Origin: a virus
Length of the DNA stretch: 48,868 nt
Virus genome (UHGV): UHGV-0171424
Direction: 5' to 3' (one strand)
How positions within the stretch are numbered: the stretch's first letter is position 1; each line of letters starts with the position of its first letter. The position numbers were made by a program, and so were the translations under genes. The notes under the pieces are model-generated. The model was not told the DNA's origin. It did no database searches and saw nothing but the letters and a program-made list of their open reading frames with translations. Shown in pieces: positions 24,655 to 34,031 of this stretch.

Positions 24655-24994
24655 TCTCGGTCACCGTTAATAATCCGTAGGAGGTCAACACGCTGGCGGT
24701 GACCGTATAAGTTTTGTTGTCGATGTCGAAATCGGTACTAAAACTGGTCAACTGCAGGACACCGGGAGTACCGGAGATACGTTCACGGAGGCGTGCTTCG
24801 CGGACATCCATAGAAGTTTGTTTGTTGAGTATCTCCTGAAACCACGGTGTACCGTCGGTCACATCCCGGAAATACTCACCCAGAAACAGACGCAGACGAG
24901 TACGTATTGTCTGTTCTATTTCCAGTTGTTCGGTGATGAACATCGAACCCTGGGTAACGATGTCACCATCTTCATCTAATTTACGTACTGTCAT
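24647..24994 (-). CDS. baseplate wedge protein, gp25/GPW-like
   Basis: 115 aa (P2 gpW is 115 aa); conserved position between the spike and J. Confidence 0.55.
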   Translation of the reverse strand: MTVRKLDEDGDIVTQGSMFITEQLEIEQTIRTRLRLFLGEYFRDVTDGTPWFQEILNKQTSMDVREARLRERISGTPGVLQLTSFSTDFDIDNKTYTVTASVLTSYGLLTVTENG

Positions 24995-25668
24995 TAGTTA
25001 TTCGGCCCCGTATTAGAACCACCGGAAGCAACGCCGCCATGAGTGTGACCATTGAGTTCTTTACCATCCAGCACCAGAGAGTTCAGTGCGGTGATGTTCC
25101 CGTCTTTATCAATGGTCACACCATTGATACTCACTGTGCCGTTTGCAAGAAGTTGGACGTTGCCGTTCCCATTAGCCATTATGCACGAACCATCACCCTT
25201 TAACCAGACGTGCTGTGACGCGTCGGCATTGCGCAAGCGTATCCCATCGTTAGAAAAACTTGCAATCAGGTTATCAAGTGAACGGATTCCCGGTACAAAC
25301 ATTGCGTCCTGTTTGTGATGAAAGCGTTTGACGGGATTAGCAGCAATGCCGCCAGTCTGCTTCCATCCATCAATGCAACGTTGACTGAAATGTACCATAC
25401 CCTCACAACCCGGATTGACGGCGAATTCCAGTACGAAGTCATCGCCCGGAAAACTTACAGGAACGTCCACAATGGGTGGTGGGTCGAACGTAGTTTTAGC
25501 GACATCATCGGTCCGGGTGATTCCCAGTTGAATCTGCGCACGTTGGGTATCCGGGTCGAACGTCAGCACGTAACCCGGGATACACGTGTACACGTCCTTC
25601 ATGTTCTCGAAAAACGTGTCATTGGTGACGTTCTGTAAAAACGAGCGGCGCTGGTTAATGTCGGTCAT
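24994..25668 (-). CDS. baseplate central spike protein (P2 gpV / Mu gp45-like)
   Basis: C-terminal spike-like NGTVSINGVTIDKDGNITALN...GHTHGG; strong RBS AGGAGGG upstream of the ATG at 25668; the track start at 25710 is a GTG over-extension into the promoter. Confidence 0.6.
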   Translation of the reverse strand: MTDINQRRSFLQNVTNDTFFENMKDVYTCIPGYVLTFDPDTQRAQIQLGITRTDDVAKTTFDPPPIVDVPVSFPGDDFVLEFAVNPGCEGMVHFSQRCIDGWKQTGGIAANPVKRFHHKQDAMFVPGIRSLDNLIASFSNDGIRLRNADASQHVWLKGDGSCIMANGNGNVQLLANGTVSINGVTIDKDGNITALNSLVLDGKELNGHTHGGVASGGSNTGPNN

Positions 25669-25703
25669 GTCGCCCTCCTGTGAAAATAATGTCAAGTATA
25701 CTA

Positions 25704-25732
25704 TTGACACTCACGTCAAACAATGTAATTAT
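25704..25732 (+). promoter_or_regulatory. palindromic promoter (TTGACA-ctca-CGTCAA, N7, AATTAT) antisense within the baseplate operon
   Basis: TTGACA at 25704-25709, CGTCAA at 25714-25719; only instance with no downstream ORF. Confidence 0.5.
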
Positions 25733-25739
25733 TTATTCA

Positions 25740-26239
25740 CAGGCATATAGCACATGTGTCTTTAGCGGTCCGGGGTGTCCTATTCCTTCGCATCAGCGGG
25801 TAGCCGGAATGTGTAGCCAGGCATGCACGAATACGGTTGGTCACCGTGGCGGTTCGACCAATACAACAGGTAAGGGTGTTTAGGCTACTAAGAAATCATC
25901 CGAGGCAATCAGACCTATCTTCTGTTAAGTGCCCTTTCCTGTTGTAACCCCCGAGGAGGTGGTCAACATCTTGCTGACGGGCAAGCCGTAAGTGACTGGA
26001 GTAATGTTGTGAAACATAACAACAGTTGCGACGATGGTTTAGAGTTGTGGTGAATACGTAGGTCGATACGTTAGAGACGGCACCCCTTGATGAGGACAGC
26101 GCTATCTCTGGAGAATAGTCTTGGGTACGTGTGATGCCAGAGAAAGCCGGAGTTCGACACCGGCCACCACAACTGTAAACCATAATCTCTCTGTTGTGCT
26201 CCTGCATGTTTGCCCCGGTCTCCGGGGCTTTTTTTTTTT
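25740..26239 (+). ncRNA. candidate ~500-nt non-coding RNA / structured transcript (unknown family)
   Basis: 569-bp gap in the minus-strand operon with no credible ORF on either strand; bounded by a plus-strand palindromic promoter and a strong plus-strand terminator; GC-rich helical segments. Confidence 0.45.
26212..26239 (+). terminator. strong rho-independent terminator (plus strand only)
   Basis: GCCCCGG-tct-CCGGGGC hairpin followed by T11; on the minus strand it is an A-run then hairpin, so not a minus-strand terminator. Confidence 0.8.
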
Positions 26240-26888
26240 ACAAATCCAAAAGTGTCGTAACCTGGCTGGCAACATTCGTTGCGGCTGTCTTCACATTGAT
26301 GTAACCACGCTCAATCAGTCCGGATATGGATGTGCTGGAAACGTCGTTACTGTTCAACTGATACTGTGCCGGTTGTGAACCGTTTGCCACGCGGTCAAGC
26401 GTGACAATCTGCTGCAGTTCAGCAACAAATATCAGTCCGTTCTCATTCTCCGGGTCTTTAGAGCGCCCGATACGCTGGATGACCATATTGTTCAGCGTGA
26501 TTTCACCCGTATCCACCGTGAATACCTGTCCGGAGTACATGAAATCGAGCAAAGTGTTCAGTGTTGTACTGGAGCGGGTTTCATTTGAGCCGCTCAACCA
26601 CCCCGCGAACAGACCAGCACCTACGGCAGTAAACGGATTGTCATCGACGAGATTTGTCAACGCCCCGGTGAAATCGGTGATACTGACTTTCAACGGGTTG
26701 TTCGATACCGCACCCGTCATCGTGTAACGAATAGGCTGATAGATAATGTGGTCCGCAATTGGTGCACCTGTCTCAATGGGGTATTGCACGATGTCCACAC
26801 TGGCATCAAGGTCATCAGACAGGACAGCATCGAACTGAAGCGACCCAAGCTGTGGGCCGCGCTTTACCAGAAGGTTAATTAAACTCAT
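26238..26888 (-). CDS. baseplate protein (Mu gp44/P-like, putative)
   Basis: 216 aa; conserved position between the N-like gene and the spike gene. Confidence 0.45.
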   Translation of the reverse strand: MSLINLLVKRGPQLGSLQFDAVLSDDLDASVDIVQYPIETGAPIADHIIYQPIRYTMTGAVSNNPLKVSITDFTGALTNLVDDNPFTAVGAGLFAGWLSGSNETRSSTTLNTLLDFMYSGQVFTVDTGEITLNNMVIQRIGRSKDPENENGLIFVAELQQIVTLDRVANGSQPAQYQLNSNDVSSTSISGLIERGYINVKTAATNVASQVTTLLDL

Positions 26889-28309
26889 AACATGTATGCC
26901 TTACCTTGTCTGAATCGTTCCTCAACACGTCGCCACACGTCACCGACAGTAATATAACCTTTATGGTCCGTGTCAAGCCCTGCGTTCTGATTGTACGCTG
27001 TAGAAGGTGATGAGTACATCACGGTTGTGGAAGGTTTACCGATGAATGCCGGACTGAATACAGCCATGTACACGTCGCCCATTGTTTTGTAACGCCCTTT
27101 GTACTGATTAAAATAATCAGTAATCGGACCTCTCACCTGTTCAGCTGCAGTCATTGACAGGATGACATTTTTATTGCGTCCGTATTTAGTCTGAAACGCA
27201 CTTGTCCACCCGGCGTTAGTAAACTGAATCAGTCCTACCGCGCCGGATTTGCTGTTCTTTGACTGTGGATTGAAGTTAGACTCTGCAGATATTACAGCCA
27301 TAATCCAGTTGGGACTGATACCCAGACTTTGCCCAAGTTTACGCACCTCGGTACGGAAATCCTGCTGCTGACTGGCATCCTCACCCTGCACGCCAACACG
27401 CCCGTAAATAAGACGATTACCAACATCACTATTTGTCGTGGTGGTATCCATTGACCCGGCGCGCACAGCTTTGACAAATGTGTACCAGTCAGGGCCATGT
27501 GTGTCTCCAGTATGCTGAATGGTCTGAACGTTCCAGTCACCTTCCAGTTTAGCGTCGACGGTTGTCTGGAACTCCACCGCCCCAAAATCAAATTTAGGCC
27601 ATTTTGATTCAATATTAAGCACCGATGCGGGTGTCATACGGGGGTCAAGACGCATTTTAACGTCACAGAATACGCCATCAATGCCGCCGTGAAGCGTGGG
27701 CGCATCAATCATCCCGGTGGCGGAACTGATTTTGATGGGGGTGGCTTTACGGTCATCAGACGGAAATCCGACAAACACTTGACCAGCGTACAGATGCCAT
27801 TCAAAGCCGTATGCCTTAGCCAGAATGTCAAGTTCCTTGCTGATATCGGAGCTAACGTTATAGCCGCCAGCCATGACAATAGAGGTAAATTTGTCCTCAC
27901 CATTGACAAGATATAACGGTTTAGACCAGTCCTGTGCGAGACTGGTCAAGACGTCAAACAATGTCACGCCCTTACCGAAACTTGCACTTGTTGTCCCACC
28001 GTCGAGCACGTTGCTACCGCTGCGACACGTCACACGGGTGATAATGTCGGTACCGTCACGAATAGTGAAAACGTTGGTGACAAACCCGGTAAAAATCTGA
28101 CCGATACGCGACTGATACCCAGCGCGAAAAACAACGGTCTGATTCGGTTCAATCTTCGTTGTCGGTGCAAGATTCCACAAGCGAAATTCACAGGTGCTCA
28201 AACTGTCGCCGGTATATGTTGTCACATCGAACGAGCACCGGAGCATCGGGTACGACTGTGTAATGAAATTCCTTGTGTCAATGAGTATTTCATACTGGCG
28301 CAAATCCAT
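26885..28309 (-). CDS. tail protein (Mu N / P2 gpD-like) with C-terminal lytic transglycosylase (SLT) domain
   Basis: 474 aa; SLT motifs AVISAESNFNPQS and GAVGLIQFT; follows the tape measure gene. Confidence 0.6.
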   Translation of the reverse strand: MDLRQYEILIDTRNFITQSYPMLRCSFDVTTYTGDSLSTCEFRLWNLAPTTKIEPNQTVVFRAGYQSRIGQIFTGFVTNVFTIRDGTDIITRVTCRSGSNVLDGGTTSASFGKGVTLFDVLTSLAQDWSKPLYLVNGEDKFTSIVMAGGYNVSSDISKELDILAKAYGFEWHLYAGQVFVGFPSDDRKATPIKISSATGMIDAPTLHGGIDGVFCDVKMRLDPRMTPASVLNIESKWPKFDFGAVEFQTTVDAKLEGDWNVQTIQHTGDTHGPDWYTFVKAVRAGSMDTTTTNSDVGNRLIYGRVGVQGEDASQQQDFRTEVRKLGQSLGISPNWIMAVISAESNFNPQSKNSKSGAVGLIQFTNAGWTSAFQTKYGRNKNVILSMTAAEQVRGPITDYFNQYKGRYKTMGDVYMAVFSPAFIGKPSTTVMYSSPSTAYNQNAGLDTDHKGYITVGDVWRRVEERFRQGKAYML

Positions 28310-28311
28310 TG

Positions 28312-29763
28312 TCAGTAACTCCTTTGCCGGGTCTGGTCAATTGCCTGAGGGTACACCTGCGTCTCAAGATGATTTACGGTGTAGCGGCCAATTGCGTTAC
28401 CGTCCAGTATCACGTCGCCCTGTGTAGTGAAATTGCCGTTAAGCTGAATCGGACGGTTTATGGACTCCATAATCTTAGTCAGCTGCTGACTTTGCTGCGC
28501 ATAATTATTGGTCACCGGACTTGCTTCGGCACCATATGAACCGTCATTAACCAGGGATGAATTCTCCCACTGTGGAAGCTGTTCGGTATTCGTCGTGTTA
28601 TCGACGATGTTGTTATTGGCCGGGTTATACAGTGAATTATTTCGACGTAATGCGGAGAGTGTGTCATCATCTACCGTTCTGTTATCAGAATCGTTGACCC
28701 AATTCTCCCGCTTTGCCCAGAACGGTGTACCACCCCAGGCGGGAGTTTCAACAGTGGATGATTTGTTATTAATTGTCGCATTATTGGCATTTGTACCCAA
28801 GTTGTTAATCCAGTCATCCATTTTCTTAATCCACGGGATGGACTGCATTGCATTTTCATATGCCTTATATATCCCGTGTTCGGACACATCTTTCCCAAAG
28901 GAGCTGGTTTTCAACCAGTTATCAAGTCTACCTACGACACCGGATACGGTATTACTCAGACTGGTAATATCTGGTACGAGCATGTCGGCAATGGTGTTAC
29001 CCAGACTCTCGAATTTTTGTTGAGTGTCAATTATGGTCTGATTGATTGCGTTCAGCGCGGCATTATGTTTCTCGGTGTACCCCATTTCAGCGGCACGGGC
29101 TTTTGATACTTCCAGCGTTGTGGCGCCGAACTCCTGCCATACTCTGACAGTAGCCGGGTCGAGACCTAAAATATCAGCCACGTTGCTCTGACGCGTCGTA
29201 TCGAGACGCTGGAACTGTCCGGCAATGTCGCTGTAAATATCCTCACGTGTACGCCCAGTGGGGTTATCGACACGGATTCCTGCGACCGCTAGTTGCTGAA
29301 TCATCCCGGCGTCACCGGTCTGAATACGGTTAATCCCACGTTCAATATTTAAAAGACTGTTTGTCGTTGCTTGCCGGTCGCCGCCACGCTGTTCGGCCAG
29401 TGCGCCAAGTCCGTAAACCTCAGTCGGTCCGAACTGACTGGTTACAAGCCGGTTGTTCAGGTCGTAAGCCTGTTGTGCTTTCTTCGACTCAAACGCCCAC
29501 GCTGCGCCGACACCCGCGGCAACACCGGACATCGCGAGTCCGGCAGCTTTGAAAGTGGTGACCAGACTCATAATGCGTGATTTTGAATTTTCTACACCGG
29601 TTTTAACACCCTTGTCGAGCGACTTACCGACATCGTCCATCTGACTACCGGCTTGCTCCGCCGATTTGCCGAGATTGTCGATATCTTTTTCGGCCTGTTC
29701 AGCACCTTTACCATCGTAAGAGATACCGAGGCCGACGAGGAACTGCGTGATGATGTTAGCCAT
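28312..29763 (-). CDS. tail tape measure protein
   Basis: 483 aa, largely helical/low-complexity; position after the tail chaperone genes. Confidence 0.55.
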   Translation of the reverse strand: MANIITQFLVGLGISYDGKGAEQAEKDIDNLGKSAEQAGSQMDDVGKSLDKGVKTGVENSKSRIMSLVTTFKAAGLAMSGVAAGVGAAWAFESKKAQQAYDLNNRLVTSQFGPTEVYGLGALAEQRGGDRQATTNSLLNIERGINRIQTGDAGMIQQLAVAGIRVDNPTGRTREDIYSDIAGQFQRLDTTRQSNVADILGLDPATVRVWQEFGATTLEVSKARAAEMGYTEKHNAALNAINQTIIDTQQKFESLGNTIADMLVPDITSLSNTVSGVVGRLDNWLKTSSFGKDVSEHGIYKAYENAMQSIPWIKKMDDWINNLGTNANNATINNKSSTVETPAWGGTPFWAKRENWVNDSDNRTVDDDTLSALRRNNSLYNPANNNIVDNTTNTEQLPQWENSSLVNDGSYGAEASPVTNNYAQQSQQLTKIMESINRPIQLNGNFTTQGDVILDGNAIGRYTVNHLETQVYPQAIDQTRQRSY

Positions 29764-30059
29764 TATTCAGGCACCCACAGAAGATGATTATCAACGCCGA
29801 GGTTATCAATGGTTACCTCATCACCCACAAAGAAGAAGCGACCCAGTCCGGCGCGGTATGCTTTACTGACCTCAGCATTCGGGACAAGCATTGCACCGGT
29901 GATGTGGTTGATACCATCCTGTGAGACAGTCATTGTCCACGCGGGCTTGTCGGTGTAACTGATGTAATCCAGCGCGAAGTCGAGAACGTTGTCGCCCAAC
30001 TTGACCGTAAAGGTCTGATGAGAGTTGGACGCGCCGTTATTTAGGGGAATTTCTTGCAT
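29763..30059 (-). CDS. hypothetical tail-module protein
   Basis: 98-aa ORF; ATGA overlap with the TMP start; its start region overlaps the end of the putative frameshift extension. Confidence 0.4.
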   Translation of the reverse strand: MQEIPLNNGASNSHQTFTVKLGDNVLDFALDYISYTDKPAWTMTVSQDGINHITGAMLVPNAEVSKAYRAGLGRFFFVGDEVTIDNLGVDNHLLWVPE

Positions 30060-30620
30060 TGTTTATCGCCTCAATATACTTACCCTGCAATTCATCCATC
30101 GCAAAGTGAAATTGTTCGACTTCAGCAAGCGATATTGTACCATCTTTTAACTGCGCCCATGTACAAAGAGGTGGACATACTCCCTCAATACCCGTGCAAA
30201 CCCGCATGAAGTACCAGTTGACCGGGCTGGGTCGCCCGGTGTCCTTTACTCGTCTTTGTTTGCGTTTTGCACGTAATCGAAAAAATCAGCGTAAACCCAC
30301 AGGAACAATTCAGCCAGCAGAGTATTCAGCGTCATCATTTTACCGGGGAAATCATTCACCGTGATTTTCGTGTTGGTACCCGCTGTCAACGCTTTGCTCA
30401 GGAGTACCTCGATAATGCGTTGCTTGACGTGATGCGGTACAGCGGTGAGCAACAGGGTTACATCTTTGACGCCAAGTTCACCGCCGTTTTTGTAAACGTT
30501 GGCAGCGTGTGCGATAAACTGCGCGCTCACCAGGGATAACAGTTCATCCTGCTCAATTGCGGAAGGCATCGCGGCGTTCACGGTGATGTCGCCAGCGGTA
30601 AAAGTTTTAACGAGTGACAT
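30040..30620 (-). CDS. tail assembly chaperone with candidate -1 frameshift extension (G/GT-like)
   Basis: zero-frame product 30246-30620 (124 aa); slippery T_TTT_TTC at 30279-30285 ten codons before the stop; -1 frame open for 82 codons to a TAA at about 30040. Confidence 0.4.
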
Positions 30621-30680
30621 TGTTATTTCTCCGGTTGTTAGTCGTTACAGTGTACACTTGACGAAATCATCAATCAATTG

Positions 30681-30709
30681 TTGACGGTGGCGTCAAGGTG
30701 GGTTATAGT
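30681..30709 (+). promoter_or_regulatory. palindromic promoter (TTGACG-gtgg-CGTCAA, N7, TATAGT)
   Basis: TTGACG at 30681-30686, CGTCAA at 30691-30696, TATAGT at 30704-30709. Confidence 0.6.
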
Positions 30710-30739
30710 TACCCCAACAGAACAACAGGAGAGTACAAA

Positions 30740-31024
30740 ATGATTCGTGAACAAGACCGTAAAGCATGGCGCAAATTTAAAATTCAGTTGGTAGTCATTA
30801 TGGCTGCGGCACTGTCGGCAACAATTTACTGCAACAGCGCCCACGCTGCACAGGGTAAACAATTCCAGATTTATGACGGGCAGACTGACACGATTTGCAC
30901 GTATCATGAAAACGAATTTGGTTATGCGGAAAGTGATGACCCGGCGTATATGGGTACCGGCGTTTGCTGGCGTAAAGATATGATGGATAAAGCAAACTTT
31001 CATATTCGGAGCAAAAGAAAATGA
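30740..31024 (+). CDS. small secreted/periplasmic protein (moron gene)
   Basis: RBS AGGAGAG upstream of the ATG at 30740; N-terminal signal/TMD LVVIMAAALSATIYCNSAHAAQG; 94 aa. Confidence 0.55.
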   Translation: MIREQDRKAWRKFKIQLVVIMAAALSATIYCNSAHAAQGKQFQIYDGQTDTICTYHENEFGYAESDDPAYMGTGVCWRKDMMDKANFHIRSKRK

Positions 31025-31476
31025 GAAGAGTGACAAAAGAAAATCTGAGTGTACAAATCGACCGACTGCGCAAAATAAAAGATGAGCAAGGTCAGTTATC
31101 GATGAGTAGTGAGTACACGCTTCAAGCGTATGAGATGCTCCTGGCGACGATGGAGGCCGAGCCGGATTGTAATGAGCGCCAGCTTTTCTGTTCAACCGAT
31201 ACGTCGAGGATGAAGAAGGTAATTTCTGTCTCTGCTGGGACCGAGGGTACGCCACTATATCGCCACGCGCAGCCAGCGCCGGCAGTGCAATGCCCATTCC
31301 CTTGTGGATGGGACAATTTGAACAAATTGGCTATTCGGGATGCCGCGTTCATTGCTCGTGGCTTAGTCGAAGGTGAGCCAACTACTGAGGCGCAACGTCA
31401 GGCCGCCATATCGAACAATGACCGGCTGCTGAAAGTTATTTCCGCCTGCCGCGCCGCCATGCTCAACCAGAAATAA
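31021..31476 (+). CDS. hypothetical cytoplasmic protein (moron gene)
   Basis: 151 aa; ATGA overlap with the upstream gene. Confidence 0.5.
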   Translation: MRRVTKENLSVQIDRLRKIKDEQGQLSMSSEYTLQAYEMLLATMEAEPDCNERQLFCSTDTSRMKKVISVSAGTEGTPLYRHAQPAPAVQCPFPCGWDNLNKLAIRDAAFIARGLVEGEPTTEAQRQAAISNNDRLLKVISACRAAMLNQK

Positions 31477-31479
31477 CTA

Positions 31480-31504
31480 AGGGGCCGATTGGCCCCTTTC
31501 GTTT
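31480..31504 (+). terminator. rho-independent terminator closing the moron
   Basis: AGGGGCC-gatt-GGCCCCT hairpin followed by TTCGTTT. Confidence 0.6.
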
Positions 31505-31919
31505 AGCTTGCCGGACCCTTTGTCGCAGTCCATGAATTGAACTCAAAAATCCACTGGTCATCGGTAATTGTCTGACCACCACGCCCGCGCGGACCATCGT
31601 TCACAATCACACCTTCCGCACCGACAGCAGCATCAAGCGTGCCAATCTGAGTATAGGTTAACTCGATGTTAGCCTTGCTCAGAAACAGCCCGTTGATATA
31701 CGCGGAGTCAGCTGAACCAGGGTTGAGGTTCAGCGTGACACGACGACCCGGGTTAATGCGGTCCAGACGAATAGCATTACCGCCCAGACCACGGCGCAAC
31801 GCAGTGGACGCGTCAATCGGTTCATCGGTGTACGGTGGGTCAGACTCCCCGAAATCAGAAATGATTCGGCCATTAATTGTGATGACCGTGTTACTTGTGG
31901 AAAAGTTTTCTAATGACAT
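31503..31919 (-). CDS. tail tube protein
   Basis: 138 aa, immediately downstream of the sheath-like gene. Confidence 0.5.
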   Translation of the reverse strand: MSLENFSTSNTVITINGRIISDFGESDPPYTDEPIDASTALRRGLGGNAIRLDRINPGRRVTLNLNPGSADSAYINGLFLSKANIELTYTQIGTLDAAVGAEGVIVNDGPRGRGGQTITDDQWIFEFNSWTATKGPAS

Positions 31920-31932
31920 CGGTCATTCTCCA

Positions 31933-33069
31933 TTAATAAACGTCAACGGTGACGTCACAGATGCGGATGCTGCCAGCTTTGAACACACGCATGTTAATCG
32001 GTGCAGACTTACGTGCCGCGCGGTCAGAATCGGACAGGTCGAGAATATCCGTCGCTTTGGTCAGCACTTCGAAGCCATCGGTGTACGCTTCCAGACCAGT
32101 GTCGGGGCTGGTGTAATTGCGCGGGCCGAGATAGCGGTTACGGATGTACTGTTTACCGACACGTTTGGCCGCACCAATGAGCGCTTCCTGACCAACCGGA
32201 GTCTGCGGAAGTTTGGTGGTCTGATTAACGATGGTGTTGTACAGTTCCACGCGCAGAGAGTTCACGAAGGCGTCCAAATCGACGATATCGGAAATAGACT
32301 CACCGTAGGTGCTGTGTGACCACGTCTGTAACCAGCGACCACTGTCAGCGCTACCTTGCAGGTCGAGCACACTGTAGAATGCGCAGCGTTTTGCAACCAT
32401 TGCGTTCTGTTCGGTGTCGGACAGGTCTTCAGCAGCAACACCAGGAGATTTCTTAAACTCAGTGTCAATAGTGCTGTTGTCGGCGCTGTAATTGACTGAG
32501 ACAGAATGCTTGATAAGCGCATAGGCCGCATATGGGTCAGTTGCGTGAGCCACGGTGAATGCGTGACGATAGCCCAGCGTGTTCAGCTGTGAACAGATGT
32601 CATCGCCGGCGTCCGGGTTGCGAATTTTAACCACAGCCTCACCGGTCTGGCTGTTCGGGAACATGACACTGTTCTCTTCACACCAGGATGCGATCGACAA
32701 TACGTCTGCCTCTGTTGCCAGCACGTCTTTGGTAACGAGGGTCCAGTACCAGTAATGCTTGTCAAATGCTTTGGTCAGCGTTGCTTTGATATCGACATCA
32801 TCGTCAGCGGTAGCCCACACGGTGAGTTTCGGTACCGCCGGAGTAGAGCCGAGGAATTTGGCACCGGCCTTGTACGTCTCGGTTGTGGTGGCAAAGTCAG
32901 CAGCGAGGGAAGCGGTGGAATAGTAGGTGCGCACCGTGTCTTCGGTGAAACCTACCGGGAGTTCAGAGTTTTTAGCAAACAACATCGCGGAAGCGAAGTT
33001 TGCCGTACTCAATCCCGCCGGAGAAATCCGGGTTGTAATGGGGATGATTTGTTCAATTGGAAAAGACAT
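31933..33069 (-). CDS. tail sheath-like protein (DUF3383-like)
   Basis: 378 aa; position upstream of the tube, chaperone and TMP genes as in contractile-tail modules. Confidence 0.5.
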   Translation of the reverse strand: MSFPIEQIIPITTRISPAGLSTANFASAMLFAKNSELPVGFTEDTVRTYYSTASLAADFATTTETYKAGAKFLGSTPAVPKLTVWATADDDVDIKATLTKAFDKHYWYWTLVTKDVLATEADVLSIASWCEENSVMFPNSQTGEAVVKIRNPDAGDDICSQLNTLGYRHAFTVAHATDPYAAYALIKHSVSVNYSADNSTIDTEFKKSPGVAAEDLSDTEQNAMVAKRCAFYSVLDLQGSADSGRWLQTWSHSTYGESISDIVDLDAFVNSLRVELYNTIVNQTTKLPQTPVGQEALIGAAKRVGKQYIRNRYLGPRNYTSPDTGLEAYTDGFEVLTKATDILDLSDSDRAARKSAPINMRVFKAGSIRICDVTVDVY

Positions 33070-33109
33070 TTACGAGTCCTCGTAAGTTACAGTGTGCACA
33101 CGTTGACCA

Positions 33110-33691
33110 TTATATCGAAATTTCACCGGATTGATAGTTCACACCGGGTTCGGCGTCAACATATCTTAACTGAAGCGTGCCATTTTCGAAATATACCTGG
33201 TCCATACCCTCACCAATGGTGAAAGGAACGTGCAGAATATTATTCACTGTCACCGTGTTCACTGCTTCGTAAAGCAGTTTAACGATGATTTGCGCACGCT
33301 GTTCGAAGTTACTAGCCTGCAGCGCTGTCAGATTATTAACAGGTTCGGTCCCACCCCATCCGATACCGGCTTTCCACAGGGGCCAGCATACGTCCGGGCG
33401 CTTATGACATTCCTTCAGCATTTCGGCGTACCGCATTGCTTCACCACGGAAGAAATTAATTTCACAGGATGCGACAATCTGCGCGCGAATTTCATACACG
33501 ATAGTATCATTTGCGCCGTCAGTCATGATGATGTTCGCCTGACCGCGTTCACGAATGCTCTGACGTGGACGCACAGACGCGTAGGGGCCGTTCGGAGACG
33601 GTCCGTTGGGGTCGGCAAGGATACACTCGCTGACGCCCGTCACGTTGAGTATATGCGGCCTGAGAGCCGCAAAGATTTCATTGTTGGTCAT
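33110..33691 (-). CDS. neck / tail-completion protein (putative)
   Basis: 193-aa ORF between the head-tail joining genes and the sheath gene. Confidence 0.35.
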   Translation of the reverse strand: MTNNEIFAALRPHILNVTGVSECILADPNGPSPNGPYASVRPRQSIRERGQANIIMTDGANDTIVYEIRAQIVASCEINFFRGEAMRYAEMLKECHKRPDVCWPLWKAGIGWGGTEPVNNLTALQASNFEQRAQIIVKLLYEAVNTVTVNNILHVPFTIGEGMDQVYFENGTLQLRYVDAEPGVNYQSGEISI

Positions 33692-34031
33692 AGCGGTCCA
33701 CGATTACCTTACAGTATTTACGCCACGGGCGATTGTCGGTGCGAATAACTTTCCAGCGCTGACCCAGGAACACCCATTCACCATCGAGTGCAATTGAGTC
33801 GAGGTCACCATTGTTAACGTATATTTTACGTGGGTCAACGATGCGCTGACCACCTTGTTGCAAGAAATCAAGTTCCTTGTCACTCAGTGGCTGAATGTTC
33901 ACCGTGAATGCAACTGGTGCGGATGTCACGGGTGTCCAGATACCGTCCACGTATGAGCCAGATTTACCCACATGTGTCGCCGGTACAGATTTAAACACGT
34001 TGTCAATATGACCACGCATTGACAGACTCAT
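33678..34031 (-). CDS. head-tail joining / neck protein (putative)
   Basis: 117-aa ORF, operonic overlaps on both sides. Confidence 0.35.
   Translation of the reverse strand: MSLSMRGHIDNVFKSVPATHVGKSGSYVDGIWTPVTSAPVAFTVNIQPLSDKELDFLQQGGQRIVDPRKIYVNNGDLDSIALDGEWVFLGQRWKVIRTDNRPWRKYCKVIVDRYDQQ

Noticed and set aside
25896-26207. 103-aa minus-strand ORF inside the gap
   Set aside because: Low-complexity, Ser/Arg/Cys-rich composition without hydrophobic periodicity. Likely a chance ORF in non-coding sequence.
25740-26239. tRNA or tRNA-like element in the ORF-less region (GGTTCGACC and GAGTTCGACACCGG...CCACCA segments)
   Set aside because: T-loop-like strings lack complementary 5-bp T-stems and acceptor-stem pairing. 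No cloverleaf could be assembled by eye. Kept only as a generic ncRNA candidate.
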